Below the pieces are notes generated by a model. That model did no database searches, was not told the DNA's origin, and worked only from the letters and a program-made list of their open reading frames with translations. Shown piece by piece: positions 62,138-64,000 of a stretch of DNA of 64,000 nt. Location: the NCBI RefSeq assembly GCF_004010195.1, contig NC_057733.1:40068441-40132440 (forward strand). Direction: 5' to 3'. The stretch is from Chiloscyllium plagiosum (taxonomy: Eukaryota). The number at the start of each line of letters is the position of its first letter. The stretch's first letter is position 1. The translations under genes and the position numbers were made by a program.

Positions 62138-63944
62138 TTCCAAGGCCATGAAAGGAGAGATATCCAAACTGTAGGCCTTTGACCTCTTAAGACTCTGACC
62201 TCTGATGCGGTGACGTTTGGAGCCCAGGTAATGGCATAGATTTCTTATTTTCTCATTTGATATTTAAATCTTGTGAGATTGGAATTTTGATACTAGTTAA
62301 ACATAGTTAATAGATAAGTGCAAAATCAGAATGCCAAAATCTGTTGTCAGCAACTCAAGAAATATATATTCCCGATCCCAAGGTTTCATGTAAGCACAAA
62401 GACTATGAAGACAAGAAAACCTGGATGTGACAGAAACTAAAAACATTGTAAGTACTTAATTCCTAATTGACACACATTTTTTAACTGGTCACTGGGAAGT
62501 TCAATGTATCCTACAGTAGAATATCATTCAGGTCAGTAATAGAAGGGACAGCTAGATTCCAATTTAAGTACAGACTCTGAGTAATCTTATCTATAAAGAT
62601 AATCAGAAGCATCAATCCCAAACCTGTAAAGTCCATTCAGATGGGTATGTGTAAGTTAATTAAATGGATTGGCCTATAGGACTTTGGGAGGATTGGGAGG
62701 GATTTAATTTGAGGCAGTGATGATGTGAATAATGATGGTCTATTATTACAGTTCAGTCTTGAACCCTGTTACTATTGATTTGAATGGAGAAGCAAATTAG
62801 TTCCTCATTCAGAGTTAATCGTATCCAGGTTTGGGTTTAATGGAGTGATATTATTGCCAAGGGTAGTTTTCAGTATGAGCAGTTGCTTATAACATGCTAT
62901 AATGGCTTGCTCTCAGTACGCAATATATTATGGGGCCTGTTTTAATTGTGCTACTGTCAGTACTGTGCCCACTGTAGTATATATTTCCCTTAATTTGCAC
63001 TTGAGCTTTATCGAGGCATATAATTGTCCTTATTCTATCTATTGGGTTACTATATGCTGATTGCAAATACATTGATTCTGTGACCAAATGAGAATTTGCA
63101 ATAATCTCTGAAAAATCAATAACTTCCCCATTTACGCTGGACTGTAATCCAGGTCAATCAAATTGTTACAATATTTGTCCTTGTTACTGCCACTATGACC
63201 ATCTCTCATGGTTATGCATCCCAAGATGTCAAAAATAGTTCAACTTGTCTAACATGTAATCTTCAATTGTATTTAACTCTTGAATTTATATCCATAGAAA
63301 ACGTTCAAGTACTACTTGTGCCTTGTGGTCATGATAAAATTTAATGTTGTCATATTTGTCATTTTTCTGTGTGGTGGGTACCAATTTTGAGTACCCAGTG
63401 GCAGTCACATCATCTTGTAAAACTTAGCTTTTTAGATTGAATCGATTCAAATAGTGTCGAAAAAGCCTAGCAAAATGTACCAGATGACATTGTTGTCTAA
63501 TTTTGAAATTAAACACAAAGCTAATTCAAAATATGTTATAATTATATAAAAGAACTTCAACAAAAGGTAAACACTGCAGAAGGAAAACTGAATGTGAGAA
63601 TTAAGTGATAATTGGAAATTTTTGGCAGATTAAAGGGGCAAGTGTAAATTAATTATCCTTGAGTCTCCCACAAAGCATGTGGGTTCTAAAACAATTGGAG
63701 AACTACCAGTTTTCCTTTCAGTGCTGTTGAATGTTTTGAGGTAAATAATAACATAAGACATTGATAAAATTGAGATATTGTAATCAATCAAATTGAAGTT
63801 GGCTTCAATTTGAACTTACTTTACCGTGTATTTGAATGAATGTATCTATCTCTACCTTCCTGGTGAGTATCAGTCTGATGTTCTTATTGTGATAATGAAA
63901 TGCTAAACAGAGTCAGAGAAATTCACCACTAGCCAATAAGTCTG

Positions 63945-64000
63945 ATTGGTCCACTCCTGCTGGTTGTTATTGGTTCACTCCTGCTGGTTGTTATTGGTTC
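63945..64000 (+). repeat. 24-bp tandem repeat running off the window end
   Basis: ATTGGT(C/T)CACTCCTGCTGGTTGTT starting at 63945, 63969 and 63993. Confidence 0.95.

Overview
AT-rich, CpG-poor vertebrate genomic DNA with no supportable host gene, consistent with an intergenic desert or a very large intron. The repeat inventory points by inference to a cartilaginous fish, probably a shark: abundant CR1 LINE 3' ends, HE1/V-SINE-like and SacSINE1/DeuSINE-like SINEs, and Penelope-like elements (PLEs). Every ORF with recognisable protein content is a decayed retroelement fragment (CR1 RT, PLE RT/GIY-YIG, RTE APE-RT-C2H2, Tx1 C-terminus) or an artefact of a 21-bp minisatellite. Main signal: more than 15 intact-to-decayed minimal type-I hammerhead ribozyme motifs (CTGANGA-N-stem II-GAAA plus palindromic ACGT/AGCT-H) in about six sequence families of PLE terminal repeats. 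Many sit in short fold-back insertions with 12-23 bp target-site duplications (TSDs). Also present are a local inverted copy of a PLE arm with host flank, minisatellite-bearing non-autonomous retroposon candidates, a Tigger7/MER44-like MITE, a 194-bp tandem duplication, a 30-N gap, and repeat-poor, homeodomain/POU-motif-rich blocks that may be conserved enhancers. Family names come from remembered consensus similarity, not from database searches.
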